Shown here: positions 32,036-43,100 of the stretch, piece after piece
Layout: every line of letters begins with the position of its first letter
Position numbering within the stretch: position 1 is the stretch's first letter
NCBI GenBank assembly: GCA_045646345.1
Contig: JAZRKN010000011.1
Location: forward strand, 64,001-128,000
DNA length: 64,000 bases
Direction of reading: 5' to 3'
From: Candidatus Scatovivens sp.
Lineage (GTDB): Bacteria > Bacillota > Clostridia > TANB77 > CAG-508
Notes under the pieces: model-generated
Told to the model about the DNA's origin: nothing
Seen by the model: only the letters and a program-made list of their open reading frames with translations
Database searches by the model: none
Translations under genes and position numbers: made by a program

Positions 32036-32221
32036 ATGGGAACATTAAATCAAATGGAATTACAGAATTTACGTCACTTTATAGGAGCACAAGAAAATTC
32101 ATATGCTAAATTGACTCATTATGCTGATACTGCAGTAGACCCTCAAATAAAACAAATATTAAATAAAGCTGCGCAAGATTCTTTAAATTCAAAACAAAAA
32201 TTAATATCATTTTTAGGGTAG
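32036..32221 (+). CDS. Small spore-coat-associated protein
   Basis: LNQMELQNLRHFI...YA...DPQIKQ pattern; coupled to a CotF-like gene. Confidence 0.65.
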   Translation: MGTLNQMELQNLRHFIGAQENSYAKLTHYADTAVDPQIKQILNKAAQDSLNSKQKLISFLG

Positions 32222-32229
32222 GAGGAAAA

Positions 32230-32478
32230 ATGGAAGAAAAAGCTATTGTAAATGATGTGCTTGAATCAACAAAAGCATGTTTAAAAGATTTTGAAGGAGC
32301 TATATTAGAAACTGCTAATATGGAATTAAGACAAACATTTCAAAATTTAAGAAATTCGTCAGAAAGCTTTCAATATGAGCTTTTTAAATTAGCAGAAGCC
32401 AAAGGGTATTATGCACCAGCTGCAAATGCAACTCAAGAAGAAATTATATCAGTAAAAAAAGAAGTTACAAATTCTTAG
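32230..32478 (+). CDS. Spore coat protein (Coat F domain)
   Basis: ETANMELRQ...QYELFK...KGYYAP motif. Confidence 0.8.
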   Translation: MEEKAIVNDVLESTKACLKDFEGAILETANMELRQTFQNLRNSSESFQYELFKLAEAKGYYAPAANATQEEIISVKKEVTNS

Positions 32479-32630
32479 AATATTTTTTTAAAAGTTGAAA
32501 TAAAATTTCCCTTTTATTTCAACTTTTTTCTTTTATTTTTTTTATACTTCCAAAAATTTGTATTGACATTATTCCGTAAATATTATAAGCTTAATGTGAT
32601 AATAAATGGATAATATTAGTTTGCAAAGGG

Positions 32631-33617
32631 GTGATGGCAATAACTAGTATTTTTAAAAATATTGTAATTTACTTGAGAACTTGGATTAAGCTAATCTTAG
32701 TGCTTTTAGTAGGGTTTGCAATCATAGGATTTATAGTTTTTGCCGTATACAAACCGATGTATAGCGTATCTTTAAATGGAGAATTTATCGGATATACGGA
32801 AGACAAAGGTAAATTACAAAAAAAGATTAGTAATTATAGAAAAAGTGGTGACTCAAAAACTATTGCATTTGTCGAGATTGACGTATTACCAGAATATGAT
32901 TTGTGTTTGCTAAAAAAAGGTTTAGCAGCAAATGACGATGAAATATTTACGGCAGTAATAAGTTCAGGGGTTCCTTATTATAAATATTATGCTATTTTAG
33001 AAGATGGTCAAGAAAAATACTATGTAGAATCTTTTGAAGAAGCAGAAAATATAATTAACGACTTGAAAGCTAAAAATAGTCAAAATAAGGATACAATCGG
33101 ATTTGCATTAAAGTATGATACAGAATTAAAACAATTTACAGATAAAGAAACTACTGTTGCATCTTTATATAAAGAAATGCCAGTAATTAAGAAGAAAAAA
33201 TATGTTACAAGTAAAAATGTATCTTATGAAAATACAGCTTTAGGAATAGCTTTAGTAGAACCAGTTAAAGGTACAATAACATCAAGATTTGGTAGAAGAT
33301 CTGGTGGTACTCATACAGGACTAGATATAGCTAATTCAACAGGTACACAAATAAAGGCAGCTGCTGCTGGAACGGTAATATATTCAGGATACAAAGGATC
33401 ATATGGAAAGTTAATAATAGTTGCTCATTCAGATTCAATTCAAACATATTATGCTCACTGTAGTAGATTATATGCTAGTGTGGGACAAAATGTTAGTCAA
33501 GGAGAAGTAATAGCAGCGGTTGGTTCAACAGGAAATTCAACTGGACCACACTTACATTTAGAAATAAGAGTAAACGGAGTTGCTAAAAATCCTCAAAATT
33601 ACTTATATGGAAGATAA
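32631..33617 (+). CDS. M23 family metallopeptidase, membrane-anchored
   Basis: HTGLD, YYAH and STGPHLHLE motifs. Confidence 0.93.
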   Translation: MMAITSIFKNIVIYLRTWIKLILVLLVGFAIIGFIVFAVYKPMYSVSLNGEFIGYTEDKGKLQKKISNYRKSGDSKTIAFVEIDVLPEYDLCLLKKGLAANDDEIFTAVISSGVPYYKYYAILEDGQEKYYVESFEEAENIINDLKAKNSQNKDTIGFALKYDTELKQFTDKETTVASLYKEMPVIKKKKYVTSKNVSYENTALGIALVEPVKGTITSRFGRRSGGTHTGLDIANSTGTQIKAAAAGTVIYSGYKGSYGKLIIVAHSDSIQTYYAHCSRLYASVGQNVSQGEVIAAVGSTGNSTGPHLHLEIRVNGVAKNPQNYLYGR

Positions 33618-33724
33618 AAAGAATTACTTCATTGAAGTAATTCTTTTTTTGTGCATCAAAGGTGTTTAAATTCAAAATAAAAGGTTTTAAATAAAGATAT
33701 TGATAAATTACCTTATGATAAAAA

Positions 33725-34390
33725 TTATCCCAAAATTGATATAGCGTTTTTTTCAAGTAATAAAGAACTGAATTCTTTTAATCGTATTTTTACGTTTTCA
33801 GAAAAATTAATATCATTTTTAATATCAGAGCAAATTAATTCTAATTTCTCTAAATAATTATTGTTTAAAATGTCACTAGAATTGATTTTTATTTCTAAGA
33901 AGTATATATGGTTATATTGGTATAAATTGCTATCTAAATTGAAGGGGATAAGAGAATTTTTCAAAATTTTGCAAAAATCGAAAAGTTCTTCAATGCTAGG
34001 AAAAATATATATTAGAGATTTTTTATCTTTTGATAATTTGTTATCCAAAAAGAAAAATCTATTGTTTTTTGAAAGCTTATCATCTTTAAGAACTGAGAAG
34101 AAGTTATTGTTAAGATTTAAGTGGGAGTCCCTTTTTAAATTAGATTTTTGTTCTTTTGTAATAAAAATTACAAAACTTTTATTTTCAAAAGAAAATGCTT
34201 CGTAAGAAATTGATGCATTATAAGAATTAAAATCTAAGTCCTCATTTGCTATTTCAAGAATGGCAAGAAAAAATCGTTGAGCTTCGATGGAATTAGAAAG
34301 AAACGAATGCAAAGAAATGTTATTTTCTTCTAATTCTGTAATATCAAACATTATTTTAAGTTTTGTTTCTGCAAGTTTCTCGATTTTCAT
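33725..34390 (-). CDS. mecA: MecA-like adaptor protein
   Basis: MKIEKL...ELEENNI N-terminus; C-terminal LYQY...YFLEI...LKEFS. Confidence 0.75.
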   Translation of the reverse strand: MKIEKLAETKLKIMFDITELEENNISLHSFLSNSIEAQRFFLAILEIANEDLDFNSYNASISYEAFSFENKSFVIFITKEQKSNLKRDSHLNLNNNFFSVLKDDKLSKNNRFFFLDNKLSKDKKSLIYIFPSIEELFDFCKILKNSLIPFNLDSNLYQYNHIYFLEIKINSSDILNNNYLEKLELICSDIKNDINFSENVKIRLKEFSSLLLEKNAISILG

Positions 34391-34576
34391 AAAATCCCTC
34401 CAATAATTAAATTATACAAGGTATAATTTAAATGTAAATGTCAATAAATGTATTAAAATTTTCACACTTAATTATATTTAAAAAAAGTATATAAATTACT
34501 TGAAAAAAACGACATATCAAGATATAATATACCAATGAAAAGTACAAATTTCCGTAAGAAAAAATGGGGGTAAAAT

Positions 34577-34834
34577 ATGGCAACAAAAGAAAAGAATTTT
34601 TGGGTATTATTAATATTTTTACTATCAGGTTTAGTAATAGGTGGACTACTAGGGGAACTTGCAAATAGAGTAAGTTGGCTATGGTGGTTAGCATATGGAG
34701 ATAGTTTTGGTCTTTCAACACCGGTTACATTAGACCTTAGTGTACTAGCGATAACATTTAGCTGTATGATAAGAATAAATGTGGCTAGTATAATAGGAAT
34801 GTTACTTGCTATTGTTTGGTACAGAAAAATATAA
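34577..34834 (+). CDS. DUF4321-like membrane protein
   Basis: GLVIGGLLGE...LDL...INVASIIG; usual position upstream of the mre cluster. Confidence 0.75.
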   Translation: MATKEKNFWVLLIFLLSGLVIGGLLGELANRVSWLWWLAYGDSFGLSTPVTLDLSVLAITFSCMIRINVASIIGMLLAIVWYRKI

Positions 34835-34892
34835 CATATAGTAAGGTAATGTTTTTTGTTTTTTATGAGATTTTAAAGAAGGGAAGATATTA

Positions 34893-35714
34893 ATGAGCAG
34901 AAATAAACAGACAGAAATTTTAGGTGGTATTTTAACAGTAATTGTTTTAATATTATTAGTTTTTCTTTCAAATGTAGAAGTTAATAAACTTTCATATATA
35001 GAATCAGCGGTAAGTTCTATTGTAAATCCTATTCAAAGGGTTTTTGTAGACTTAAGAAATAAACTTCAAGGAAATTCAGCATATTTTTCAAATATGGAAA
35101 CTATAATGCAAGAAAATGAAGAACTTAAAAAGAAAAATAGTGAGTTGGAGACTAAATTAAGAGAATTAGAAATGATAAAAGCAGAAAATACAACACTTCA
35201 AGAATATATGAATTTAACAGAAAAATATGCTTCTTATCAAACAATCCCAGCTTATGTAATAAATAAAGATGTAAGCAATTATAGTAGTACTTTGGTTTTA
35301 AATGTTGGAATAAAAGATGGAATAAAAGAAAATATGACAGTAATTGCAGATAAAGGTTTAGTCGGACATGTTATATCTGTTTCGGAATCAACTTGTAAAG
35401 TTCAAGTTATTATAGATTCAGCAAGTACTGTAAGTAGTTCAATAAGTACAACTCAAGAAAGTATTATTTGTAAAGGAACACTTGATAATGGACAAAAACA
35501 AATCTTGAGAGCGTCATATATTCCTACAGGAGCAGAATTAATTCAAGGAGATAGCGTTTATACATCAGGTGTTGGTGGAATATATCCAAAAGGAATAATA
35601 ATCGGAACAATAAGAGATATAGTAACAACAAGCAATATAACAGATAGATATGCGATAGTTGAACCAGCAGTTGATTTTTCAAAAGTAGATACAGTATTAA
35701 TAATTAATGAATAG
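34893..35714 (+). CDS. mreC: Rod shape-determining protein MreC
   Basis: TM, coiled coil, GLVGHV, TSGVGGIYPKGIIIG and PAVDF. Confidence 0.95.
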   Translation: MSRNKQTEILGGILTVIVLILLVFLSNVEVNKLSYIESAVSSIVNPIQRVFVDLRNKLQGNSAYFSNMETIMQENEELKKKNSELETKLRELEMIKAENTTLQEYMNLTEKYASYQTIPAYVINKDVSNYSSTLVLNVGIKDGIKENMTVIADKGLVGHVISVSESTCKVQVIIDSASTVSSSISTTQESIICKGTLDNGQKQILRASYIPTGAELIQGDSVYTSGVGGIYPKGIIIGTIRDIVTTSNITDRYAIVEPAVDFSKVDTVLIINE

Positions 35715-35727
35715 AAAGGAATTTTAA

Positions 35728-36261
35728 ATGAGAAAAACTTTAACAGTAATTTGTTTAATATTAATTTTCTTTTTAATATATTTCCTTCAAGTAAACATTT
35801 TTAGTACTTTTACAATAGCGGGCATTAAACCAAATTTGTTTGTAATATACGTTTTATTTATAGGGTTATTTGCTAACCAATTTATTGGTATATCATTTGG
35901 TGTTGTAATTGGACTTATATTAGATTTTTTATATGGAAAAACTATAGGAATTTCAGCAGTAATGTTTTGTATCATTGGATATTTAGGTTCGTATTTTGAT
36001 AAAAACTTTTCAAAAGAAAATAAGCTTACAATAATTTTTATGGTAGCTGGAGCTACATTTATATACGAATTAGGAACATACTTTTTGAATTCGGTAATAT
36101 TAAAATTTGATAGAGAATTTTTATATTTTACTAAAATAGTTTTAATAGAAATGTTATACAATGTTTTATTATCGATAATTTTATATCCGTTAATTCAAAA
36201 AGCTGGATATGTAATTGATAGAAACTTTAAGAAAAATAATATACTTACAAGATATTTTTAA
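35728..36261 (+). CDS. mreD: Rod shape-determining protein MreD
   Basis: Hydrophobic; IKPNL, GLILD; follows mreC. Confidence 0.92.
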   Translation: MRKTLTVICLILIFFLIYFLQVNIFSTFTIAGIKPNLFVIYVLFIGLFANQFIGISFGVVIGLILDFLYGKTIGISAVMFCIIGYLGSYFDKNFSKENKLTIIFMVAGATFIYELGTYFLNSVILKFDREFLYFTKIVLIEMLYNVLLSIILYPLIQKAGYVIDRNFKKNNILTRYF

Positions 36262-36300
36262 AACTTATTTATTAAAATAATTAATAAAGAGGTGAGATGA

Positions 36301-38427
36301 CTGAAGCAAAAAAGTGAATTAGAGAAATCTAATTTTAGATATAATGTTTTAACTGCAATAGTTTATTTAATAGGAATAGTAATTTTAATAAGATTGTTTG
36401 ATCTTCAGATTGTAAATGGTGCAGAGTATAGAGAGGATTCGAATACTAAACTTACAAGAGAAGCAACAATAGAGGCTGCTAGAGGAAGTATTCTAGATAG
36501 AAGTGGGAACATTTTAGTAAGTACAGAGATGAAATTTTCTTTAGAGATGTATAAATCTAAAACAGATGATCTACAGCTTAATGACTCAATTTTATTAATG
36601 ACTACAATATTAGAAAATAATGGTAATTCATATATAGATACATTTCCAATTAGTATAGATCCTTTTGAATATCATTTTGATTCGGAAGAAGAACTATCTG
36701 CTTGGAAGGATAAATATAAAATTCCACAAACAGCTTCGGCAGAAGAAGCATTCTATCTATTTAGAGATAAATATAATATAAATAGTGAAAATCCAAAAGA
36801 AATTAGACAAATTTTAGCAATTAGATATGCAATATCTACAATTGGTTATTCAACAACAAGATCTATTGCTATTTCAGAAGAAATTTCAAGAGAAGCAGCA
36901 GTGCAACTTCAAGAAAATTCTCAAAATTTGACTGGTGTTAATATAGTTGTTGAACCAGTTAGAATATATCATCAAGGAGAACTTGCTTCTCATATAATTG
37001 GATATGCAAGTAGAATTAGTAAAGAGAATATAGATGAATTTGCAGCTCAAGGCGATACACATGAGTATGATGTTGACGATAAAGTAGGTCAAACAGGAAT
37101 CGAAAAAGTCTTCGAAAATTACTTAAGAGGAGAAGATGGAATAAAGCAAATAGATATGTCTGTTGATGGGACTGTAACTGGTGAATATACTGCTCAAGAA
37201 GCAATTGGTGGCGCTGATGTGGTTTTAACAATAGATGCAAATCTTCAAAGAGTTGCAGAAGAATCACTTGAAAGAAATATAATGAAAATTAGAGAAGGTG
37301 GATTTGGAGAAGCTTATGAAGCTAAAACAGGAGCGGTTGTTGTAACAAACGTAAATAGTGGTGAAATATTAGCTATGGCAAGTTATCCGGATTATGAAAT
37401 AGGACTTTTCTATGATGGAATTTCAAGTAGTAAATACAATGAATATAGAGATGCTGGAGCGTTTTATAATAGATCGGCACAAGGAACTTATCCGCCGGGA
37501 TCTATTTATAAAATGATTACAGCAATTGCTGGTCTTGAAACTGGAAAAGTATCAGTAAACGAAATGATAAATGATAATGGACCATTCTATGTAACAGATG
37601 ATCCAAATTATACAAAACATCCAAAATGTTGGTATTTTAATTCATATGGAAGAGGACATGGAAGATTAAATGTAGTAGGAGCTTTGATGAAATCTTGTAA
37701 CTATTATTTTTATGAAGTTTCAAATAGAATTGGAGTAGAAACATTAGGAGAGTTTGCTAAATACTTTGGATTTGGTAAGAAAACAGGAATAGAAATAAGT
37801 GAATCTGTTGGTGTAGTACCGGAAAGAAATTTAATTGAACGTCATTGGTCAAAAGCAGATACTGCTTCAGCATCAATTGGACAAGGTTTTGATACAGCAA
37901 CTCCAGTGCAAATGGCAAAATATATTTCAATGGTTGCAAATGGTGGGCATCCAATAGATATGTCTTTGGTAAAAAGTGTAATAAAATCAAATGGTACACA
38001 AGTTTCTGAAGATGAATTAATTGCTTATGAAGAAAAGAAATTAGGTAGAAAGATAGATAAAACTGAAGATAAAAATATAAGTGAACAAACAATAAATGCA
38101 GTACATGAAGGAATGAGATCAGTTGCTGAAGAAGAAGGTGGAACTGCATATACTGTGTTTAAAGACTTTGCTATAGAACTTGGTGGAAAGACTGGTTCTG
38201 CAGAGATGACAAGTAGTAAAGATTCAAAAGATGTAATTGCATGGTTTGCAGGTTTTGCACCTTATGATAATCCTGAAATTGCAATTGTTGTTATGGTTGA
38301 AAAAGGTGGACATGGTTATTATACAGCAGAAGTTGTTAGAGACATTATGACAGAATATTTTGGAATGAATGTACAAGAGACAAATGAAGATATGTCAGCT
38401 TCAATAGAAATAGAATCTTTTAGATAG
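36301..38427 (+). CDS. mrdA: Class B penicillin-binding protein 2, probable CTG start
   Basis: RGSILDR, PGSIYK (SxxK), SCN and KTG; in-frame TM anchor upstream of the TTG at 36394. Confidence 0.9.
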   Translation: MKQKSELEKSNFRYNVLTAIVYLIGIVILIRLFDLQIVNGAEYREDSNTKLTREATIEAARGSILDRSGNILVSTEMKFSLEMYKSKTDDLQLNDSILLMTTILENNGNSYIDTFPISIDPFEYHFDSEEELSAWKDKYKIPQTASAEEAFYLFRDKYNINSENPKEIRQILAIRYAISTIGYSTTRSIAISEEISREAAVQLQENSQNLTGVNIVVEPVRIYHQGELASHIIGYASRISKENIDEFAAQGDTHEYDVDDKVGQTGIEKVFENYLRGEDGIKQIDMSVDGTVTGEYTAQEAIGGADVVLTIDANLQRVAEESLERNIMKIREGGFGEAYEAKTGAVVVTNVNSGEILAMASYPDYEIGLFYDGISSSKYNEYRDAGAFYNRSAQGTYPPGSIYKMITAIAGLETGKVSVNEMINDNGPFYVTDDPNYTKHPKCWYFNSYGRGHGRLNVVGALMKSCNYYFYEVSNRIGVETLGEFAKYFGFGKKTGIEISESVGVVPERNLIERHWSKADTASASIGQGFDTATPVQMAKYISMVANGGHPIDMSLVKSVIKSNGTQVSEDELIAYEEKKLGRKIDKTEDKNISEQTINAVHEGMRSVAEEEGGTAYTVFKDFAIELGGKTGSAEMTSSKDSKDVIAWFAGFAPYDNPEIAIVVMVEKGGHGYYTAEVVRDIMTEYFGMNVQETNEDMSASIEIESFR

Positions 38428-38443
38428 AAAGAGGTAAAAAAGG

Positions 38444-39049
38444 ATGTTAAATAATATTAAAATCAGCCAAACTACAAATGAAATAATATTAAATGTAAAT
38501 GTAATAGCAGACATTAACGAGATTATGGAAGAATTACAATCAAAGCTTCCAAAATTAAGAGATTTCTATCAAACTTCAACAATTCCGATGAGAGTTACAG
38601 GAAGATTGTTTACAGAGTCTGAAATTAAGAAAGTGAAAGCTGCTATTAATGCGGAAATACCTGTAGAAATAAAATTTGATGATATTTCAGATTTGCTAGG
38701 GCTACACGCAATTAAGAGAACTTTTGAAGTAGAAACAGACATATCAGAAACAAAATTTATACAAAATTCATTAAGATCTGGACATAGAGAAGAATATCCA
38801 GGAAGTATAGTTGTTTGTGGTGATGTTAACTTTGGAGCAGAAGTGGTTGCTGGAGGGAATATAATGATTTTAGGAACTCTAAGAGGTGTTGCGCATGCTG
38901 GAGCAAATGGTAATACAATGGCTATGATTTCTGCTAATAACATTGATGTCACTCAAATAAGAATTGCAAACTTAGTTAGAGAAGTAGGGGAAAAGGTTGA
39001 TAAATGTCCGATTTGTAAAATAGAAAAAAATGAAATAATAATTATATAA
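38444..39049 (+). CDS. minC: Septum site-determining protein MinC
   Basis: LRSG...GDVN.GAEVVAGGNI...GTLRGVAHAGA. Confidence 0.93.
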   Translation: MLNNIKISQTTNEIILNVNVIADINEIMEELQSKLPKLRDFYQTSTIPMRVTGRLFTESEIKKVKAAINAEIPVEIKFDDISDLLGLHAIKRTFEVETDISETKFIQNSLRSGHREEYPGSIVVCGDVNFGAEVVAGGNIMILGTLRGVAHAGANGNTMAMISANNIDVTQIRIANLVREVGEKVDKCPICKIEKNEIIII

Positions 39050-39051
39050 AA

Positions 39052-39435
39052 TTAAATTATTAAAAGTACCAAGGTTATGATTAGAATAAAATCATAACCT
39101 TGTTTGTTTTTTTCTATGAAATTTATGCCTAAATCAAAACCTTCCATAACACTTAAAAGATTTGCTATTTTGATATATTGCTCTAGTTTGCTTTGTTTGT
39201 CTTTTTCTAGATATGGCATTAAAGATAATAGTAATTTATTTCTAGGGCAGTCTTGATTTTGGTTCATTTTTGACATTATATTTTTAATTTTTAGAATAGT
39301 TTCAATATCTAATGAAAAGTCTTGGCTTTCAGCAGGAGGAATGGGATTTCCTCCTGTTATATTGTTTAAATCAATGTTTTTCTCTTTTAAAATATCTGAA
39401 AATTTATTTAAAACTTCTGAAAAATCGTTTTCCAT
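39052..39435 (-). CDS. Hypothetical protein (clostridial, possibly sporulation-linked)
   Basis: PRNKLLLSLMPYL motif; C-terminal hydrophobic tail. Confidence 0.7.
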   Translation of the reverse strand: MENDFSEVLNKFSDILKEKNIDLNNITGGNPIPPAESQDFSLDIETILKIKNIMSKMNQNQDCPRNKLLLSLMPYLEKDKQSKLEQYIKIANLLSVMEGFDLGINFIEKNKQGYDFILIITLVLLII

Positions 39436-39436
39436 A

Positions 39437-39577
39437 TTATTTGTCGCCTTTATCTAAATTTTTATTTAATCCTGAATTTTCTAATATTGTTTGAGCTTTG
39501 TAGATGTTTTTTTCAAGTTCTTCTTTATCCATTTTAGAGATTGCAGCAAGTAATTTATTTATATCCATGTTATTCAC
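39437..39577 (-). CDS. Small hypothetical protein
   Basis: GGAGGT RBS 8 nt before the GTG at 39577; abuts the downstream gene. Confidence 0.6.
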   Translation of the reverse strand: MNNMDINKLLAAISKMDKEELEKNIYKAQTILENSGLNKNLDKGDK

Positions 39578-39852
39578 TTTCAAATACCTCCTGTTACTTA
39601 GAATAATATATTTATATGCATCTTGATTTAAAAGTTTCATAAATATTACAACATATAATAAATTTCTTACGGATTATGAATTTTAAAAAAATAAGAAAAA
39701 TAATTAATCAAAACGGTAAACTAAAATAACATTATTTTTGTTTTTTTATACATTTCGACAAAAAAACACACGAAAGTCACAGATAAGTTCGAAAACACTA
39801 ATGAAAAACTTTGAAAAAAAGCCAAAAATGGCTAAAAAATGCTTGAAATTGC

Positions 39853-39881
39853 TTGAAAAAGTTAACATAACAGTGTATAAT
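39853..39881 (+). promoter_or_regulatory. SigA promoter of the giant surface-protein operon
   Basis: TTGAAA-17-TATAAT; tandem tgcttgaaa repeat at the -35; Spo0A-type TTCGACA at 39754-39760. Confidence 0.6.
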
Positions 39882-40146
39882 AGTTATTGTATAGCGTTTT
39901 GACATAAAAAGCTTAAAAACTTATGAAAGATTAGGTATGTAACACAAATTTTATATTTAAAATGGGTGATGTTCTTTGAAAGGAACTTCCGTAAAGGGTT
40001 ATAGGCGGAAAAAGTCGTAGAAACCTTGAAGCGAGTAGGGTTATCTATTGACTACTTTAAAAAAAAGAGTAAAATTATACTTATAATAAAATAGTAAATT
40101 AAGATACTATGTCAAAAAATTTGTTATTATGGGAGGAATTAAGATT

Positions 40147-43100
40147 ATGCTTAAAAACAAAATTCTAGAAAAATTGTTAGCAATAATCCTAATATTTACA
40201 CTAACCTTTGCAAATTTTGCATTTGTTACTGAAGCTTATGCTTCAAGCTTTGCAGAAAGCATACTAGGCTTAACATCCGACACTGGCCATAAAAATATCG
40301 GATTTACAGCTTATTTTGGAACCGAAGAAAATGATGAAGCTTCGGTTATTTGTGATGTAAATAAAGAGGACTTGACTATTGGCATGAGCTTAAGCGTTCA
40401 AGATAGTGGTTACTTGAAGGACGCAAAAATAGCAATTGTAGAAACAGAAGAAGGAAATGGATTAAACTTCAAAATCAAATCACAAGAAGAATTAGGAGAA
40501 TATGTTCAAGCGATTGAAGATAACGTAGTAATACTACAACAAATCAATAGTTCTTCAGAAGATGTAAAAATTCAAGTACCAATTGAGTACAAAAATGAAT
40601 CATATGTGAATGAAAGTAAACTATCAAAAGAAGCTTTGATAGCTTTTTCAGGTATATATGTTGATAATGAAGGTGAAGAGAAAGAAGTTTCAAAGAAAAT
40701 TTATTTAACTGTTAACTGGGAAGACTCAAGAAAAGTTAAAGTTGAAACAACAGCTGAGAAATATATTGACTTTGGATCAGGTATTATTTTACAAACTCTT
40801 GTAAAAGTTGATAGTACAACTGATGGAAACACATTACCAGCAAAAGAATCTGAAGTTATAATAACTGCACCAACAATTGGAGATAAAGCGCCAAACAGTG
40901 TTTATGTTGTTGCAAATAGCACAACAGGAACAAATGGTAAAAATGTTGGAGAAGTTATATTCTCAGAAGAAAATTGGAATTATAATCCAGAAGAAAACAA
41001 ATTAACAATCAAAGTAAATAACGAGAAACAACTAGTTGAAGTTAATGAGTTTGCAGATGAATATTTACAAGAAGCTGATCAAGAAGTTGTTAAAGAAGAA
41101 AGATATTTCAGTGGTACAGGTATAGATGAATACTTAGTAACATACACATATATGGATTCTGAAATAACAGAAGAAGCGGTAACAGTAAGTTCAAACATTG
41201 AAGCAAAATTAACAACACTTAGTGGAAATTATAGAAATGAAAATATCAATATAGTAACAAATGATGATGAAAATAAAAATCATGAATATCTTCTAGAAGG
41301 CAAAATAGGAGACTTAGTATCTTTAAATATAGAAAATGAAACAGAAGAAGTTTCAAAAGCTTATACATATGTTAATTACAATAACAGCAATAAGCATGAA
41401 ATTGAATTAATAACAGAAACAATGGTTAACATCTCATATACAGAGATTATTGAATCATTGACTGTAGAAGATGTAGAAAATACATACAAAGATAAATCAG
41501 GAAATGCTATAGCAAATGATGACTTATATTATAAACAAATTTCTATAGCAAAAGAAAACTTTGTAGAAATCCTTGGAGAACAAGGAGAAATCAAAGTGAT
41601 GGATATATCAGGAACTGTAATAGGAGTTATCAATAACGAATCAGAAGTAAATGATGAGGGAAGAATTACAGTTGGATTTGAAAATAAATATCCAAGATTA
41701 AATTTTGAAATGACAAAACCTGTTAAAGAAGGAAACATAGTAATAAAATCAGTAAAAGCTATGTCAAATTCTTCAGTAGAAAAATCAACATTTGCAAATC
41801 TTGAAAGTATAAACACAAAATCAGTATTAAAAGCGAAATACAATTACGTTCAAGATAAAGTAGAAGTTGGAACTTTAAATGTAGCAACAAGATTAATTGA
41901 CACAACAACTAAAGCAGTACTTGCTATGGATAGAGAAAGCTTATCAACATTAGAAATGAATGAAAATGTTGAAATAAGAATTGAATTAAATAACGCATCT
42001 GCAAAATCAGACGTATATGGACATTCAGTATTTGAAATTGATTTACCAGAATCAATTGAAAGTTTAGAAATAACAAACTCAAGCTTATTATATGCAGAAG
42101 GGTTAAGCATTACTTCTGTAGAAGCAATAGATAGAAAATTAGTAATAACAATTGACGGAGTACAAGAAGGAATAAATTCTGGTGTATTAACAAATGGTAC
42201 AAATATAGTTCTTAATGCAAACATTAAAGTTAACTTATATACACCAGCTAAATCAGAAAAAATGACATTAAGATATACAAACCAAGAAGCTACAAATTAT
42301 GAAGCAGATGGAATAAATGAATTAGAAGTTAATTACTCTGCTCCAACAGGATTAGTTGTAGTAAATAGTATATCAAATTATGATAATAATGGTTCAGTAC
42401 TAGCTTCTGTAAGACAAGGTGAAAAAGTAGATTTAATAGATATATATGCAGAAGCAAAAGTGGCTACAATGGAAATCATTGTAATGAACAACAATGGAAA
42501 TACAGTTTCAGACTTGGCAATTTTAGGTAGAATTCCATTTAAAGGAAATAAAGATATTGCAACTGGAGATGAACTAGGAACAACAAGTGACACAAAATTA
42601 ATTGGGGCTTTGGTTTCAGATGAAAGAATAAAAGAACAATTTACTATTTATTATTCTGAAAATGGAGAAGCAACTAAAGATTTAACAGATAGCGCAAATG
42701 GTTGGACTCCAACTCCAGAAAGTTTTGATAAAATAAAATCATACTTAATAGTACCAATAGAAGAAAATTATGAAATGCAAGATACAGAAATTTTAAGATT
42801 TACATATCAATATGAAATTCCTGCAAACTTAACTCATAATGAAAAATTCTATGGAACATTTTCTGCGTACTATACTAATAATTCAGAAGTTGCTGTAACA
42901 GAAGAACAAGCAATACCAGATAAAGTTGGATTAACAACAGGTGAAGGACCAGAATTAAGTTTAGTAATGTCTGTAGATAAAAATTCACTTAGAGAAGGTG
43001 AAGAATTAGAAGTAAGTATAATAGCAGCAAACGTTGGAAATTGTAAAGCACAAGATGTAAAAGTAAAATTTGAAATACCAAATTCTACTAAATATATAGA

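Noticed and set aside
39961-40050. Canonical c-di-GMP-I riboswitch
   Set aside because: Lacks the GGCAAA/GACGCAAAG and tetraloop-receptor consensus; kept only as an unassigned structured leader.
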